A stretch of DNA of 62,929 nt, the filler included, from Octopus bimaculoides (taxonomy: Eukaryota): assembly GCF_001194135.2 (NCBI RefSeq). It is 8 parts of 8 records of this genome, joined end to end, with 100 filler letters (N's around TTAATTAATTAA, not from the genome) between each part and the next. Parts side by side here need not be neighbours in the genome. Positions count along the whole stretch, not along the records: positions 12,980 to 19,700 come from NC_068992.1; positions 19,801 to 27,401 come from NC_069003.1; 6 more parts are not named here. The stretch is one strand, 5' to 3'. The notes beneath the pieces are model-generated. The model was not told the DNA's origin. It did not search any database and saw only the letters and a program-made list of their open reading frames with translations. Below, piece by piece: positions 12,936 to 24,849 of the stretch (the stretch's first letter is position 1; each line of letters begins with the position of its first letter). A program made the translations under genes and the position numbers.

Positions 12936-14025
12936 NNNNNNNNNNNNNNNNNNNNNNNNNNNNNNNNNNNNNNNNNNNNACAGACACACACATACTCACA
13001 CACACATACACACACAAACTCACGCACGTGCACACGTGCACACGCACGCACACACCACGAACACCAACCCGCGAAATATGGTTTACACCTTGACACAATC
13101 ACATACAAAACATCTACACATGTTTTCACATACAGGAACTCAGAGCACAAGTCAAATATGCACACACACACACACATACACACATTTATATGAATACAAG
13201 AACACAGAAATGAACACGTTACTATATACATATAACTACATAAATGCACGTAGATGAAACGCTAAGACACACCCACATCTCACATTTAGTATATATCTAT
13301 ATCTATATATATATATATGTAAATATTTGCACCAACAAAGAAAAATTCACAACGGCGTTAGATACATAACAGTTATTAGTTTATCTCTCCATGTATAAAA
13401 GTACATGCCAGTGTAGCACTGCTCTCGTGTATATTTCGACTCTCTCAAACAGCTCAACGAAAATACGTTAATACACATACAAACGTGTACATCTAAATAG
13501 ATCTACGTTCAACCATTTCTTTATCAATCTATTAAATATTGTTGCGTTATATTTTGAGCTAGATATGTTACGAGATTTCTCTGTATGTGGCAACTCCCAA
13601 TGGGTTTGAGAATTCTACTAGAGTATGCAACAGACATATATAATTTCGCATATAGATTATTACATGAATACACATACGACAAGATAAGAATAATATTCTT
13701 ATATTTATCATTGTTTTTTACGCAAGAAGTCCAACATTATTAGACATGCGCAAAAACACGCTCGTTACAGATAACAATCGGGATATGCAAAATTGGGAGA
13801 GAAAAATCATATAAAGAGAGAAAGAAATATTGACTGCGGAGAAAGATTATGGAAAAGAAAATTATCGTGTAGCAAGTTAGTTTGTGCAAGTTTTAAAAGT
13901 GACGCAGAAACACTATATACACACTCACGTGTATACATATAAATACATGTGTGTGTGTGTGTGAGCGTGTGTATGAATATGCATACATACGAAGAAGCAT
14001 AGATACATTCATACATACATGCATG

Positions 14026-14076
<51 letters not shown>

Positions 14077-14093
14077 GTNNNNNNNNNNGCATG

Positions 14094-14144
<51 letters not shown>

Positions 14145-14347
14145 GTATATATATACCTCACACACACGCATAGATATGTATATTCCACACACGCACCAAT
14201 ATATATGTATGTATATATATACCTCACACACACGCATAGATATGTATNNNNNNNNNNNNNNNNNNNNNNNNNNNNNNNNNNNNNNNNNNNNNNNNNNNNN
14301 NNNNNNNNNNNNNNNNNNNNNNNNNNNNNNNNNNATATATATACATA

Positions 14348-14923
14348 CGGGCGGACCTAAGGTAGGTTTACAGTTATTCAACTATCTCTTTTGCATTCAT
14401 ATATTAACAGCTTAGATCTTAATTATAAAAAAATATGAAACCGTTATTTTATGCTTATTTACTTAATTTTGTCCGGCTCTTATGCGTTGACAGTAAGATA
14501 ACGAAGATTAACGAAGTCTTTCCACAGTGTTGGTTTGGAAGACGGGACTGCATCAAATGGCCACCACGTTCAACTGACCTCACACCAATGGACTTCCTTT
14601 TTCGGAGTGTTGTACATTACGAGTTTTATGAGAACAATCCCAAAACAGTAAATGATTTAAAAGATTACATTTCTGACGCAGTCACTGAAATCGATGGAGA
14701 TCAGAATTTGTGCTGGTCTGTGTGTCACAGTGTTCTGAAGAGGATTGAAGAATGTTGCAGTGTTGAAGTAGGAAATTTTGAGCATCTGAGAGTTTAAGCA
14801 TTGTCTGTTTAAGATGTGCATAAACAACATGAGTGTAAGATAGAAGTTTAAACGTAACAAAATATTTTAAAAGAAATTTGTAGTGCCTACGTGATAACTG
14901 TAAACCTACTTTTGGGCCACCTA
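14348..14923 (+). mobile_element. Internally deleted Tc1/mariner element retaining the transposase C-terminus
   Basis: KWPPRSTDLTPMDFLF..NPKTVNDLK (WPPRSPDLTPLDF motif). Imperfect ~28-bp TIRs: CGGGCGGACCTAAGGTAGGTTTACAGTTA and TAACTGTAAACCTACTTTTGGGCCACCTA. TA flanks the left end. Confidence 0.85.
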
Positions 14924-14943
14924 CATATGCGCGCGTGTGTGTG

Positions 14944-14974
<31 letters not shown>

Positions 14975-15044
14975 TTGTGTGTTTNNNNNNNNNNGTGTGT
15001 GTGTGTGCGTGTGTGTGTGTGTGTGTGTGTTTGTGTGTTTGTGT

Positions 15045-15230
15045 TTATCTCCCACCATCGCTTCACAACTTGGTAAGTTTACGTTCCCGTAACATAGCGG
15101 TTCGGCAAAAGTGTCCGATAGAATAAGTATTATGCTTACAAAGAATAAGTCCGGCAATCGATTAGTTCGACTTAAGGCGGTGATCCAGCATGACCGCAGT
15201 CATATGAATGAAACAAGTAAAAGAATATAT
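15045..15230 (+). mobile_element. SINE 3' half (octopus-type)
   Basis: ..cgtaacatagcggttcggcaaaag..gatagaataagta..ccagcatgaccgcagtc..tgaaacaagtaaaaga; homologous to 23230-23440 and to the reverse complement of 28615-28800. Confidence 0.75.
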
Positions 15231-15376
15231 ATGTAATATATATATATATATATACGATGAATGTATGAAAAACCTTGAGTCTCAAAAAAACAAAACATGG
15301 TACAGGACTTCAAGACTCCAGGGTCTTGAAGGCTCAATACTTTTCATACACCCCTTGTATATATATATATATATGC

Positions 15377-15415
<39 letters not shown>

Positions 15416-15835
15416 ATGAATTTACTCGTGTGAAACCTCTTAGCCTTCTCAATATGTGTGTGTGAGGGGAGGGAGAGAGAAATAGAGAGAGACAGAGAGA
15501 GAGAGAGGGAGAGAGAGAGAGATAGAAAGTCAGAAGACGGACAGTGAATTTAGCACCAGATAAATATTTGTTAAAATAGTTTCTGTAGCACTCCTTTTCT
15601 AACCACATTACAAACAGATAAATCAATGTGAAAGATTACCTAACATATGTTGAATATCTCGGAGGGGCGAATTCTTGTGACTAGCATTAAGTCGTGCCTC
15701 TTTGAATTGTGGACAGCATATGCATTTGATGTTTCTTATTGTAAGGAGAAAGCAGAGTATTATGCAGAATAATAGCAGTAACAGAAATAACCTAATCTAC
15801 AACATCAGCAATAACAATGATCTATTCTACTGAAG

Positions 15836-16032
15836 ATACAAGGCCGGAAATTTTGAGCGAGGGGAATAGTGGAATGCAGCGACCCCACTGCGTCACTAGT
15901 ACCTAATTTCCTCCCGAAAGGAGGAAATGCAAACTCTACTTCGGCGGAATTTGAACTCAGAGCATAAAGACTGAAGAAATACCGCTAAGCATTTTGCCCG
16001 GCCTGCTACCGAGTCTTTCAGCTCGCCACATT
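15836..16032 (-). mobile_element. tRNA-derived SINE, 5' part
   Basis: The minus strand reads gcgagctg..gcttagcggtatttc..ctgagttcaaattccgccgaagtagagtttgc with a B-box-like GTTCAAATTC; homologous to 28190-28330. Confidence 0.65.
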
Positions 16033-16049
16033 AATGATAATAATAATGT

Positions 16050-17424
16050 CAAAACAGAAGATTCCTTCAGACCAAGAATTCTGGAGTAAAGTTCAAGCAG
16101 ATGAATGCCCAATGGATTAATATAAATAAGGCACTGAACCCACAGATATGGGAAGGAATCTGTGAAGGGAATGACAGACCTTCATTGAAAATGTCTAGTA
16201 AATGGAAGTCACTCGGATAGTATTAGATTCAAAGGTATTCGCTTAATGTGTTTATAACATCTTACAAAAGTCTAACTCGTTTTCACCATTTAGCTGTAAC
16301 GTAAACCAGGATGACCCCAGAATGGTTGGCCAATGGTGTTAAATTGTTGCTCCCACAAAATAATAAAACAAAACCCACTAGACCATAGACTGTATATATA
16401 TATATATATATATATATGCATATATGGGTACAAGATGTTATCAATAGTAAACAACATGAAATAGCAAAACCAATAAGTTAAATACGCCTTTTAACTTTTT
16501 CAAATATTCTTGCATCTGTCTTATTCAAGGGCGCATATGCTTTTCTCATTAACAGCAACATTTTCCCTGATGTATAAATATGGCTGTAAACGTGGGCCAC
16601 ATAGATGCAGGGAACAACTGCTGGTTAACAAAATGATTCTTGATTATCAAAACAGGAAAATCCATCTCCCGGTTGCCTTAATAGACTACTAGAAGGCTTT
16701 GATATCTTCCCTCACAGCTGGATAGAGAAAAGCCGAGTGACATTCAAACTTTTACCTGTCATAATGAATTTTGTATCTCATGTCATGAAGTTCTAGAAAC
16801 GACATGAAATGTCAACACGGACTCGACAACTATAAATTCAGGAGAAATCAATAGTAATTGTGGAATTTTTAAAGGAAATTTGCTGTCTCCTTTGTTATCT
16901 GTTTAGCATATTTTCCCAAAACAAAGTCCTGTATGAAACAAGTTGTGGATAGAAGGTGTTTGGAAAAACAATCAATCATTTTCTCTGTACAGATAAATTA
17001 AAACTGCTTGCGAAAGAAGACCAACAACTTCAGACCAACAACTTCAGACAGTCTGACCAACAACTTCAGAAACCTTAAGACAAGCGGAAGGCTGATGTAT
17101 CGAGGAGCAAGTGTAGCAAATTCGATTAAACACTTACTTGTTAATGAAAAGCTATGAGAAGAGAACGATCAGAGAGTAAGAGCTATTCTGAAAACAATGT
17201 GGAATTCCAAAAGCAAATTTGAGACTATATACACGCTATATGGTCTGTAATGACATATAGCTTCAATATGTCTGTCATGATATATAACTTCACTATTACA
17301 AACTGGTCCATCTCTGTGATCAACAAATTTGACGTTAAAATCCGAAGGCTGATAAAAATGCATCTTATGAAACGCCCAAAGTCGCTCATATATCAAATAA
17401 ATATGTATATAATATCTCTCTGTC

Positions 17425-17471
<47 letters not shown>

Positions 17472-18470
17472 NNNNNNNNNNNNNNNNNNNNNNNNNNNNN
17501 NNNNNNNNNNNNNNNNNNNNNNNNNNNNNNNNNNNNNNNNNNNNNNNNNNNNNNNNNNNNNNNNNNNNNNNNNNNNNNNNNNNNNNNNNNNNNNNNNNNN
17601 NNNNNNNNNNNNNNNNNNNNNNNNNNNNNNNNNNNNNNNNNNNNNNNNNNNNNNNNNNNNATATATATTCTGCGTATTTGCAACACGCCAATAACTGGAT
17701 GTTAAAGCTCGTTCTGAAGCAAAGATATCAAAAAGTTGCTTTCGTTCGCGAGAAACGCAACAATATACCTAGATAAAAGAAAAACCGAAAAAATGTGTCC
17801 CCAACGGATATGGCTAAAGGAAAAAATATATAACTAAGTAGCTCATCCTCCAATATACGAAGGTGAACTAAGATAAAAAATAAAAACACTAAATGGGAAA
17901 TGCCTTATTCGAGCCAGGGACCCTAATGTAGACCCAACCCTTACCCATAAACGGCTGAGATATATGCCATTACTGCTCAGAATCAGTTATAACCGACGTT
18001 GAATTAACCAAAGTAATGCCCTGAAACTTGAAAACAGCCAATGCAGGCTCGTACGCGAATGACATAGCAGCTGGATGCAGCCGCCTGGTACTAACAGGGT
18101 ACTTGGAAACACATTATAGTGCAGCTTCTTACATACACTGGTCAAAAGGTGATTCACGCGGCCCTCTTAAGAAAGAGAGTTGATGAGAACACAAACCACT
18201 GTAAACGATGCAGAATGCTGAACTTACCTTCCTTTGGAATTTCAGTTTTGAGATCGATCGGAAATACAAGTTAACCGACCAGATATCATTGTAAAGAATC
18301 ACGTTGGAATGATTTGTCTTTTGATTAATATTGCAGACAAAGTTGAGAAAACACATTTCTGAAAACGTTTGGAACATTGCACAAATATAAGGAGACGGAG
18401 ATTGAGATCAGAAAAATGGGGCAACTCAAAGCAACAACATTACCCATTGTTATTGGAGCCTAGAAATTTT
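16050..18470 (+). mobile_element. Second, more decayed R4/Dong-type LINE (RT to RLE)
   Basis: EFWSKV; PEWLANGVKLLLPQ; CREQLLVNKMI..ALIDY*KAFDIFPHSWI; GIFKGNLLSPL; INHFLCTDKLKLLAK; NRPDIIVKNH..ICLLINIA..KYKETEIEIRKM..PIVIGA. It is interrupted by microsatellites and a gap. Confidence 0.8.
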
Positions 18471-18589
18471 TATCAGAATGGCGGTCCCAGAATAAGTGAA
18501 TTGCAAATGTTCATATTTAAGGGTAATTCAAATATTTAATGTAAATTTCTCTCCATATAAATACCAACTTACACGTATAGTTTAAGTGT

Positions 18590-18930
18590 AAGAAATGGAA
18601 AGGAAAAGAATACAAAGAATGACCCTTCATCAGTTGTTGGTTGTCTATCGACTCCCGATTTTGAGCAATCTACGACAATATGAGTCTTCGAAGACAGTTG
18701 CTCCCAAAAATACAAAAAATAAATTTTGGATTTATGGAGGGTCATAGTTAGGAACAAAAACAGAACAGTGGAGACATACAGGGAAACTGAATGAAAACGA
18801 ACATGGAGGGTCGTTCTTTGTATCACTTGTCTTGTTTTTTCCCTTTTTCTCTCGTTATTTGCATATTTAACTTACTTGTTTTCGTATTTCATGTTGTTTA
18901 CTTTTGCTGACGTCCTGTATCCATACATGC
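18590..18930. mobile_element. Interspersed repeat with an internal inverted segment
   Basis: acaaagaatgaccct (~18611-18625) is inverted against agggtcgttctttgt (~18807-18821). 18870-18930 is the reverse complement of 16425-16490 (gtaaacaacatgaaata..). Confidence 0.5.
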
Positions 18931-19474
18931 ATATATATGTGTGTGTGCGCGCGTGCCTGTGTATGTGTGTGTGTGTGCGGGCGCGCGTATGTGTATGCGT
19001 GTGCATATAAAAATTTGCATTTTCAGGTATATTGAAACCACAACAGAAACTCAGAGTGAGAAACTTGTAAGTATTTGAAGTGTGACGTCTTAAAACTTCG
19101 CACCTAATTACAAATGTAATTAATTACAATCCATGTCTGCCTAGCAGATGCAATCACAGAGATGTAAACAAAGAAATGTAGACTTGCCCTGTCTCCATTG
19201 CTGTTCATTAGTGATATTTAACAATTTGTTATAAAAACCACAGCCACACGCGCGCGCACACACACACATATATATATCATTCAATACACATGGTTCAAAT
19301 ATACTATTAGTAGCTCTTATAATTATACTGCGAACATTACATGATAACTATGTCGCTGGAGAGAGTACATTTTTGTTGACATTACCTCAACTGAACAGTT
19401 AACGATATATATATGCATATGCATATACATATAAACATACACACACAACCATATATATATACGTATATATGTAT

Positions 19475-19514
<40 letters not shown>

Positions 19515-19601
19515 TCATATATATATTTACATATATATATATATTTATATATATATATACATATATATATTTATATATATATATATACATATGCATATAT
19601 T

Positions 19602-19633
<32 letters not shown>

Positions 19634-19657
19634 CATATATACATATGCATATATTTT

Positions 19658-19700
<43 letters not shown>

Positions 19701-19800
19701 NNNNNNNNNNNNNNNNNNNNNNNNNNNNNNNNNNNNNNNNNNNNTTAATTAATTAANNNNNNNNNNNNNNNNNNNNNNNNNNNNNNNNNNNNNNNNNNNN

Positions 19801-19863
<63 letters not shown>

Positions 19864-19864
19864 T

Positions 19865-20430
19865 CTTATTATTATTGAATGGGAGAGCAGTGCATGCCAT
19901 CAAAGTGACACTGGGGTAAAATATACAAAGCCCAGTATACCCATCATGAGTACCTGTCTGATGAGGGTACACCAGGCACATGCATCACAACCATATGTGC
20001 GCGACATATGGTTGATCTCATATCAAGATAAACAGCGCATAACCTTGCAAGTGTGACCCAGTTAGAATTTTCTTCAGGTCGAGTAGCCCATCCCGCTCAA
20101 AAGGTCCCTGAATAAGGGTTGTTTAAGTATGTTGAAACACCCATGTTTCCTGAGGTGCATTTTTCAAACCCCAAAGAATTCCTCTCAATACCTGGCTATG
20201 ATGCTCCCCCACTACTTCTGCTCGTGATCAGAGATGTACATATCGTCAGCCACTAAGGAACATGCTCAACTGGTTAAGGTCAAACAACTGACAAGCAAAT
20301 CTGTGGTATTGAGCATAATATTTGCTGTAGCCCATCTTTTATACCAAGACAAAACAATGTACATGATAACACTTCGAATCAGTTAAGATCAGAAGCCATG
20401 AGAGCCAGAGTCTGGTACTGCATCAGGACA
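19865..20430. mobile_element. Unclassified interspersed repeat abutting an (ATT)n tract
   Basis: More GC-rich ~570-bp block (gggagagcagtgcatgccatcaaagtgacactgggg..gccatgagagcc) that I recognise as a recurrent octopus repeat; class not determined. Confidence 0.45.
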
Positions 20431-20624
20431 AGTCATGGATTCAGGATTATTATTCGAGCGCCTCCCCCTATTGGGAGTTTTATTTGTTATATCATTCTCT
20501 GTTTTTCCTGTTTACACGAAGGTTTTCTTCTTTTCGGACAAAACCTTTTGTAGCCTTCGTCCTGTCTTTGTCCTTACATGTTTTTAATTTATATTAGCCC
20601 TTGTGGCCAATAAAACCAGAATTT

Positions 20625-20670
20625 ATTATTATTATTATTATTGTTGTTGTTGTTGTTGTTGTTGTTATTA

Positions 20671-20713
<43 letters not shown>

Positions 20714-20715
20714 CA

Positions 20716-20755
<40 letters not shown>

Positions 20756-20785
20756 CCCTATTGTTGTTGTTGTTGTTATTGTTGA
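20625..20785. repeat. Compound (ATT)n/(GTT)n trinucleotide tract
   Basis: Directly visible, ~170 bp upstream of the ATG at 20959. Confidence 0.95.
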
Positions 20786-20958
20786 TCTTTTTTCTCATTT
20801 TTCTTTCAGTTGAGGGATTCTTACTTACGCTTTAATTTGGCTTTGATCTTCCTCTTCCGCATTCTCAGAAGAAGAAAAAAACAACATAAATATATATATA
20901 TATATAAAATAAATAGTATATACCAAATCTCCAAAAAGGCACCAACAACAGATATACC

Positions 20959-21142
20959 ATGCCTTCCTCTCAGACAGTATGGATGCTCATTGCTTGGTCA
21001 TTGGGCCTCATCGCTTTGGCCTTAATTGGAACGTCGATAGGAACTGACTATTGGTACCAGTTCAGTAGCACCGGCAGCAACAAGATGTCAAAAGTTACCA
21101 ATGTCGGTATGTGGAGGACGTGCACGAAGGTAAAGGTTAGCG
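20959..21142 (+). CDS. First coding exon of a claudin/PMP22/EMP/MP20-superfamily tetraspan protein (61 aa plus 1 nt, phase-1 intron)
   Basis: MPSSQTVWMLIAWSLGLIALALIGTSIGTDYWYQFSSTGSNKMSKVTNVGMWRTCTKVKVS: short N-terminus, hydrophobic TM1 (7-28), DYW32, G50-M-W52-R-T-C55, matching the W..GLWxxC signature. In-frame TAG upstream at 20914-20916, ACCATG start context, consensus donor G|GTAAGT at 21142/21143. Confidence 0.85.
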
Positions 21143-21743
21143 GTAAGTATTTCCGTTTATTTGGATGTGGTTATATGTTTAAGGATGCGACGTGCCCGCG
21201 TGCACACAGACACACGCACGTACGCACGCACGCGCACACACGCACGCACGCGCACACACGCACACACACACAGAGGCACGTACACTATAGAGATATATAC
21301 ATATACAAATGCATAAAAATTTCCATTACGTATATGTATGTATGTATGTATATATAGCATATATATATACACATATATACACACACACATATGTATACGT
21401 TCATATATATTTAAACACCCATACATGTATACATATACATACATACATGCTTACATGTACACATACATACATACATACATACATACATACATACATACAT
21501 AGAGGCAACTATGCAGTTAAACAAATTAGATACATCACATACATTAAATATATTCAATATATTAACTTCGGTATGAAATAGAAAATATGTTTAGATCCCC
21601 GTTGACAGGCGCCCGATATTTATAGAGTGTTAAACACTTTCGGTATGCAAATTAGGAATTCCTTCATAGAGTAACTGTTGCATTTGTTGAGTATATAACC
21701 AGTTTGACTGCCTGTTTCTCTGGTAACTGTCGGAATGATGTAG

Positions 21744-21790
21744 ACGCCTCTGATGAGTACCCAATAAGGTTCGAAAATCGATTAGGGTTG
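21744..21790 (+). ncRNA. Minimal type I hammerhead ribozyme motif (Penelope-type)
   Basis: CTGATGA (21750-21756); stem II GTACC-caataa-GGTTC (4/5 pairs); GAAA (21773-21776); palindromic stem III AATCGATT (21776-21783); UH site T21783-A21784; weak 4-bp stem I (GCCT/GGGT, two G-U pairs). Confidence 0.6.
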
Positions 21791-22065
21791 TTTATTATTT
21801 ATTTCAATCTGCGGAGAAGTGGCTAAAATTTGTCCTGTTTATAATTATACCATATGTTAAATATGTATACATGCAAAACGAGAGACCGCAAAAGGTGGAG
21901 ATTTTCAAATGATTATTAATAGGTCCAACTTACAGAGTATTAAAGGGGTGGAAAAAAGGTGTTATAAGCCGAGTTTTTTTTTCAGGATCTTCTACTGGGG
22001 ACGAGGCGGAATGTAGCAACACGTGGCTCATTTTCAAGGTTGCTGTTATTATTATTATTTTTTTT

Positions 22066-22643
22066 GGATCTTTTTTAAAACGGGGGCCACATTTTTCATT
22101 AACGAAACACTTTGAAACTTGGATCACTGGTAGAATGTGTCATATAAAACATCTTTTTCTCTTAGTCTTCTTAAAAAAAAAAGAAATCCATAAATTATTC
22201 CATGTTAAAGTTGTCGTATTTCTGTAATTTCAACCAATCACTGACGTCCATTCAGCCGATATACATTAAGTGCCGACTACATAAACAAACGATTCTGAAA
22301 CAATTAACCTTAACCCTAACCCTAACTCTAACCCTAACCCTAACCCTAGGGTTAGTGTTAGGGTTAGGGTTAAAGCAAATTTAAAATGAAAAAAGCAAAT
22401 AAAACGAAGAATCGTTTGTTTATGTAGTCGGCACTTAATGTATATCGGCTGAATGGACGTCAGTGATTGGTTGAAATTATCGAAATAAGACAATTTTTTA
22501 CATGAAATAAATTCGAATACAAAAATATTTTTCTGTTCTATAACACAAAATAGATAAGTATACGAAGTTTGAAAGTCTTTCGGTACCAAAAGCACTACGT
22601 AAAACATTAATGAAAAATGTGGCCCCCGTTTTAAAAAAGATCC
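22066..22643. mobile_element. Fold-back MITE with a poly-T 8-bp TSD and a telomeric core
   Basis: 37-bp terminal IR GGATCTTTTTTAAAACGGGGGCCACATTTTTCATTAA (22066-22102 vs 22607-22643); inner ~70-bp perfect IR (22226-22296 vs 22408-22478); T8 on the left and T9 on the right. Confidence 0.88.
22304..22373. repeat. Interstitial telomeric palindrome (CCCTAA)n-(TTAGGG)n
   Basis: taaccttaaccctaaccctaactctaaccctaaccctaacccta|gggttagtgttagggttagggtta, with the axis at CCCT|AGGG (22347/22348). Confidence 0.9.
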
Positions 22644-22982
22644 TTTTTTTTTGCTATTGTTGTCGCTGTTGTTGCAGCTGCTGCTGTTGTTGTTGTTGTT
22701 GTTGTTGTTGTCGTTGGAGCTACTACTGTTTCTGCGGTCGCTGTTGTTGTTAACACTGACTGATCCGTCTCATAGTCCACACATGTGATCAACGCGTCTT
22801 TATTTTCAACAAGATTAAATAGACCAGTGAATCCTTCTTCTTTTAAGACGATAATGAGTGATTAGAACGAAATTTGGTAGATGGGGAGGGTATCAACCTG
22901 TAGATACCCTCGTCTTGTTGAACGTTATCTGTATAGCTACAAAGGAATGTGAGATTATAAATAGCCCAGTGTGTACAATAGT

Positions 22983-23051
<69 letters not shown>

Positions 23052-23076
23052 ATCTTGCTAGTTATGTTTGCGTATA

Positions 23077-23162
<86 letters not shown>

Positions 23163-23229
23163 ATACATACATATAAACCTTACCACATTATACACACACA
23201 CACACACATATAGATGTATATGAATGTAT

Positions 23230-23440
23230 TTGTGTGTGTCTTTGTGTTCGTCACCTACGGCTTGACGACCGCTGTTGGTTTGTTTACATCCCTGTAACTT
23301 AGCGATTCGACGAAAGGGTACGATAGAATAAGCACCAGACTTCAAACAATAACTATTGGGATCGATGTGCTTCGCTAAACCTTTCAAGGTAGTGCTCCAG
23401 CAGGGCAGCAGGCCAATGACTAAAATAAATAACAACAGGT
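23230..23440 (+). mobile_element. SINE 3' half (same family as 15045-15230)
   Basis: ..ccctgtaacttagcgattcg..gatagaataagcaccagac..tgctccagcagggcagcaggccaatgactaaaataaat. Confidence 0.72.
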
Positions 23441-23954
23441 AAAAGATGGAAAACATGCACGAGGCAAACAGGTTTGAGAACGAGAGGTTCGTCATTTAAA
23501 TCAAATAGCCTTGGGCCTAAATTAGAAACTAATATATCCTAGGTTTATAAACAATAATGATAATAATATTGTTGTTGTACTTGGGGATGGTCATATTGTC
23601 AGTTTAGCCAATAAAAACACACGCACTGTATATTTGGTGTTAATTTGCTTCAGCTTTATATTACATTAATCCTATTTCGGCCAGAGTTCTTTCGTCACAC
23701 TTCTGTAACCTCATCAGTGGTCCTTTGCTTCCTTCTTTCTTATGTGTGTCTCACCTTGCTAACTATCAGCCATTTTGTATTTTGTATTCCTATTGTATGT
23801 GTCTACGCATGCGTATCCTTCAATGTGTCTATGTTTTTGTAAGTGCATGTGTGTGTATGGGGAGTGCTTGTATTATCTATATCCTCTGTTAATACATGTT
23901 CGTTTGTTTTTGTTTTTATTTATTTCTTTGTTCATGTGTGTTTATATCTACTTT

Positions 23955-24400
23955 TTTTTTGTATTCATTTATCGTTTAACGTCCGTCTTCCATGCATGCG
24001 TGTATGGTTAGGACTGTTGACAGTAGCCGGTCAGGTAGAAGATTACACCAAGATACTGTGTCTGTTTTGGCAGGGTTTTTACGGTTGGATGCCCTTCGTA
24101 ACACAAACCACTCTACAGAGTGGACTCGGTGCTGTTTACGTGGCAGTAGCACAGGTGATGTTAGTTTGGGCATGATTTTTACAGGTGGAGGCCCTTTCAA
24201 ATGCCAACCACTTTACAGTGCGGACTGGATGCGTTTTACGTGGCACCAGAACTGGCAGGGTCACCAAGTAACTAGCAAGACAAGGAATTTTGAGAGGGGC
24301 AGGGGCATTGAGGAGGGAAACTTGTGTCAGAGGATGAACGGTTAAAGTGTGACAGAGAGTCAGAAACAGGTGTCTTGCTATAATGAAGGGTGGGGGCGGG
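23955..24400 (-). mobile_element. Retroposon 3' fragment of a recurrent family (RTE-like tail)
   Basis: tcgtttaacgtccgtcttccatgc..ggatgcccttcgtaacacaaaccact; homologous to 29110-29300 and 62405-62530. The RTE relationship is inference. Confidence 0.55.
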
Positions 24401-24849
24401 GTCACTGGAGGAGGTGATCTGATGTATCCATCCGTAAATACAAAACGCATTTAAACATAAAAATATAGAAAAATGAACGCAGAAATGACCGCTCGCAGGA
24501 ATCAATGAAGACTACTAAACGTACGATACATAGCAAGAGTCTAGGGAGAGGTCTAGTGCTGACATACAGTGCATGTAGCCTCATTGTTGCTACAATCAAT
24601 GAAGTGTTGACATCCTGTAAAAATTTGTTTCAGAATGCAAACGAATAATGGAATTAAAGTTTTCTGTCTTATATTAGCGACCGCCTCACTTCCTTCAAAA
24701 TGAATGTAAACAAAGTTAGTACAGTTCTTGTGATACCATGCCTTTCAGGACTGACTATTTGATGCAGTCTCGTGCGTTACTGTGCCGTACAGGAAGTTAA
24801 ACTTAATCGTTTATTAGTGTCCTTATAGTAATTTTTTTCATTTGCCGCC

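Noticed and set aside
14139-14250. ~45-bp duplicated microsatellite-rich unit beside gaps
   Set aside because: Low complexity and adjacent to N runs, so it cannot be distinguished from local misassembly.
22304-22373. Telomeric repeats as a chromosome-fusion scar
   Set aside because: The polarity is opposite to an end-to-end fusion and the repeats lie inside a TIR element with a TSD.
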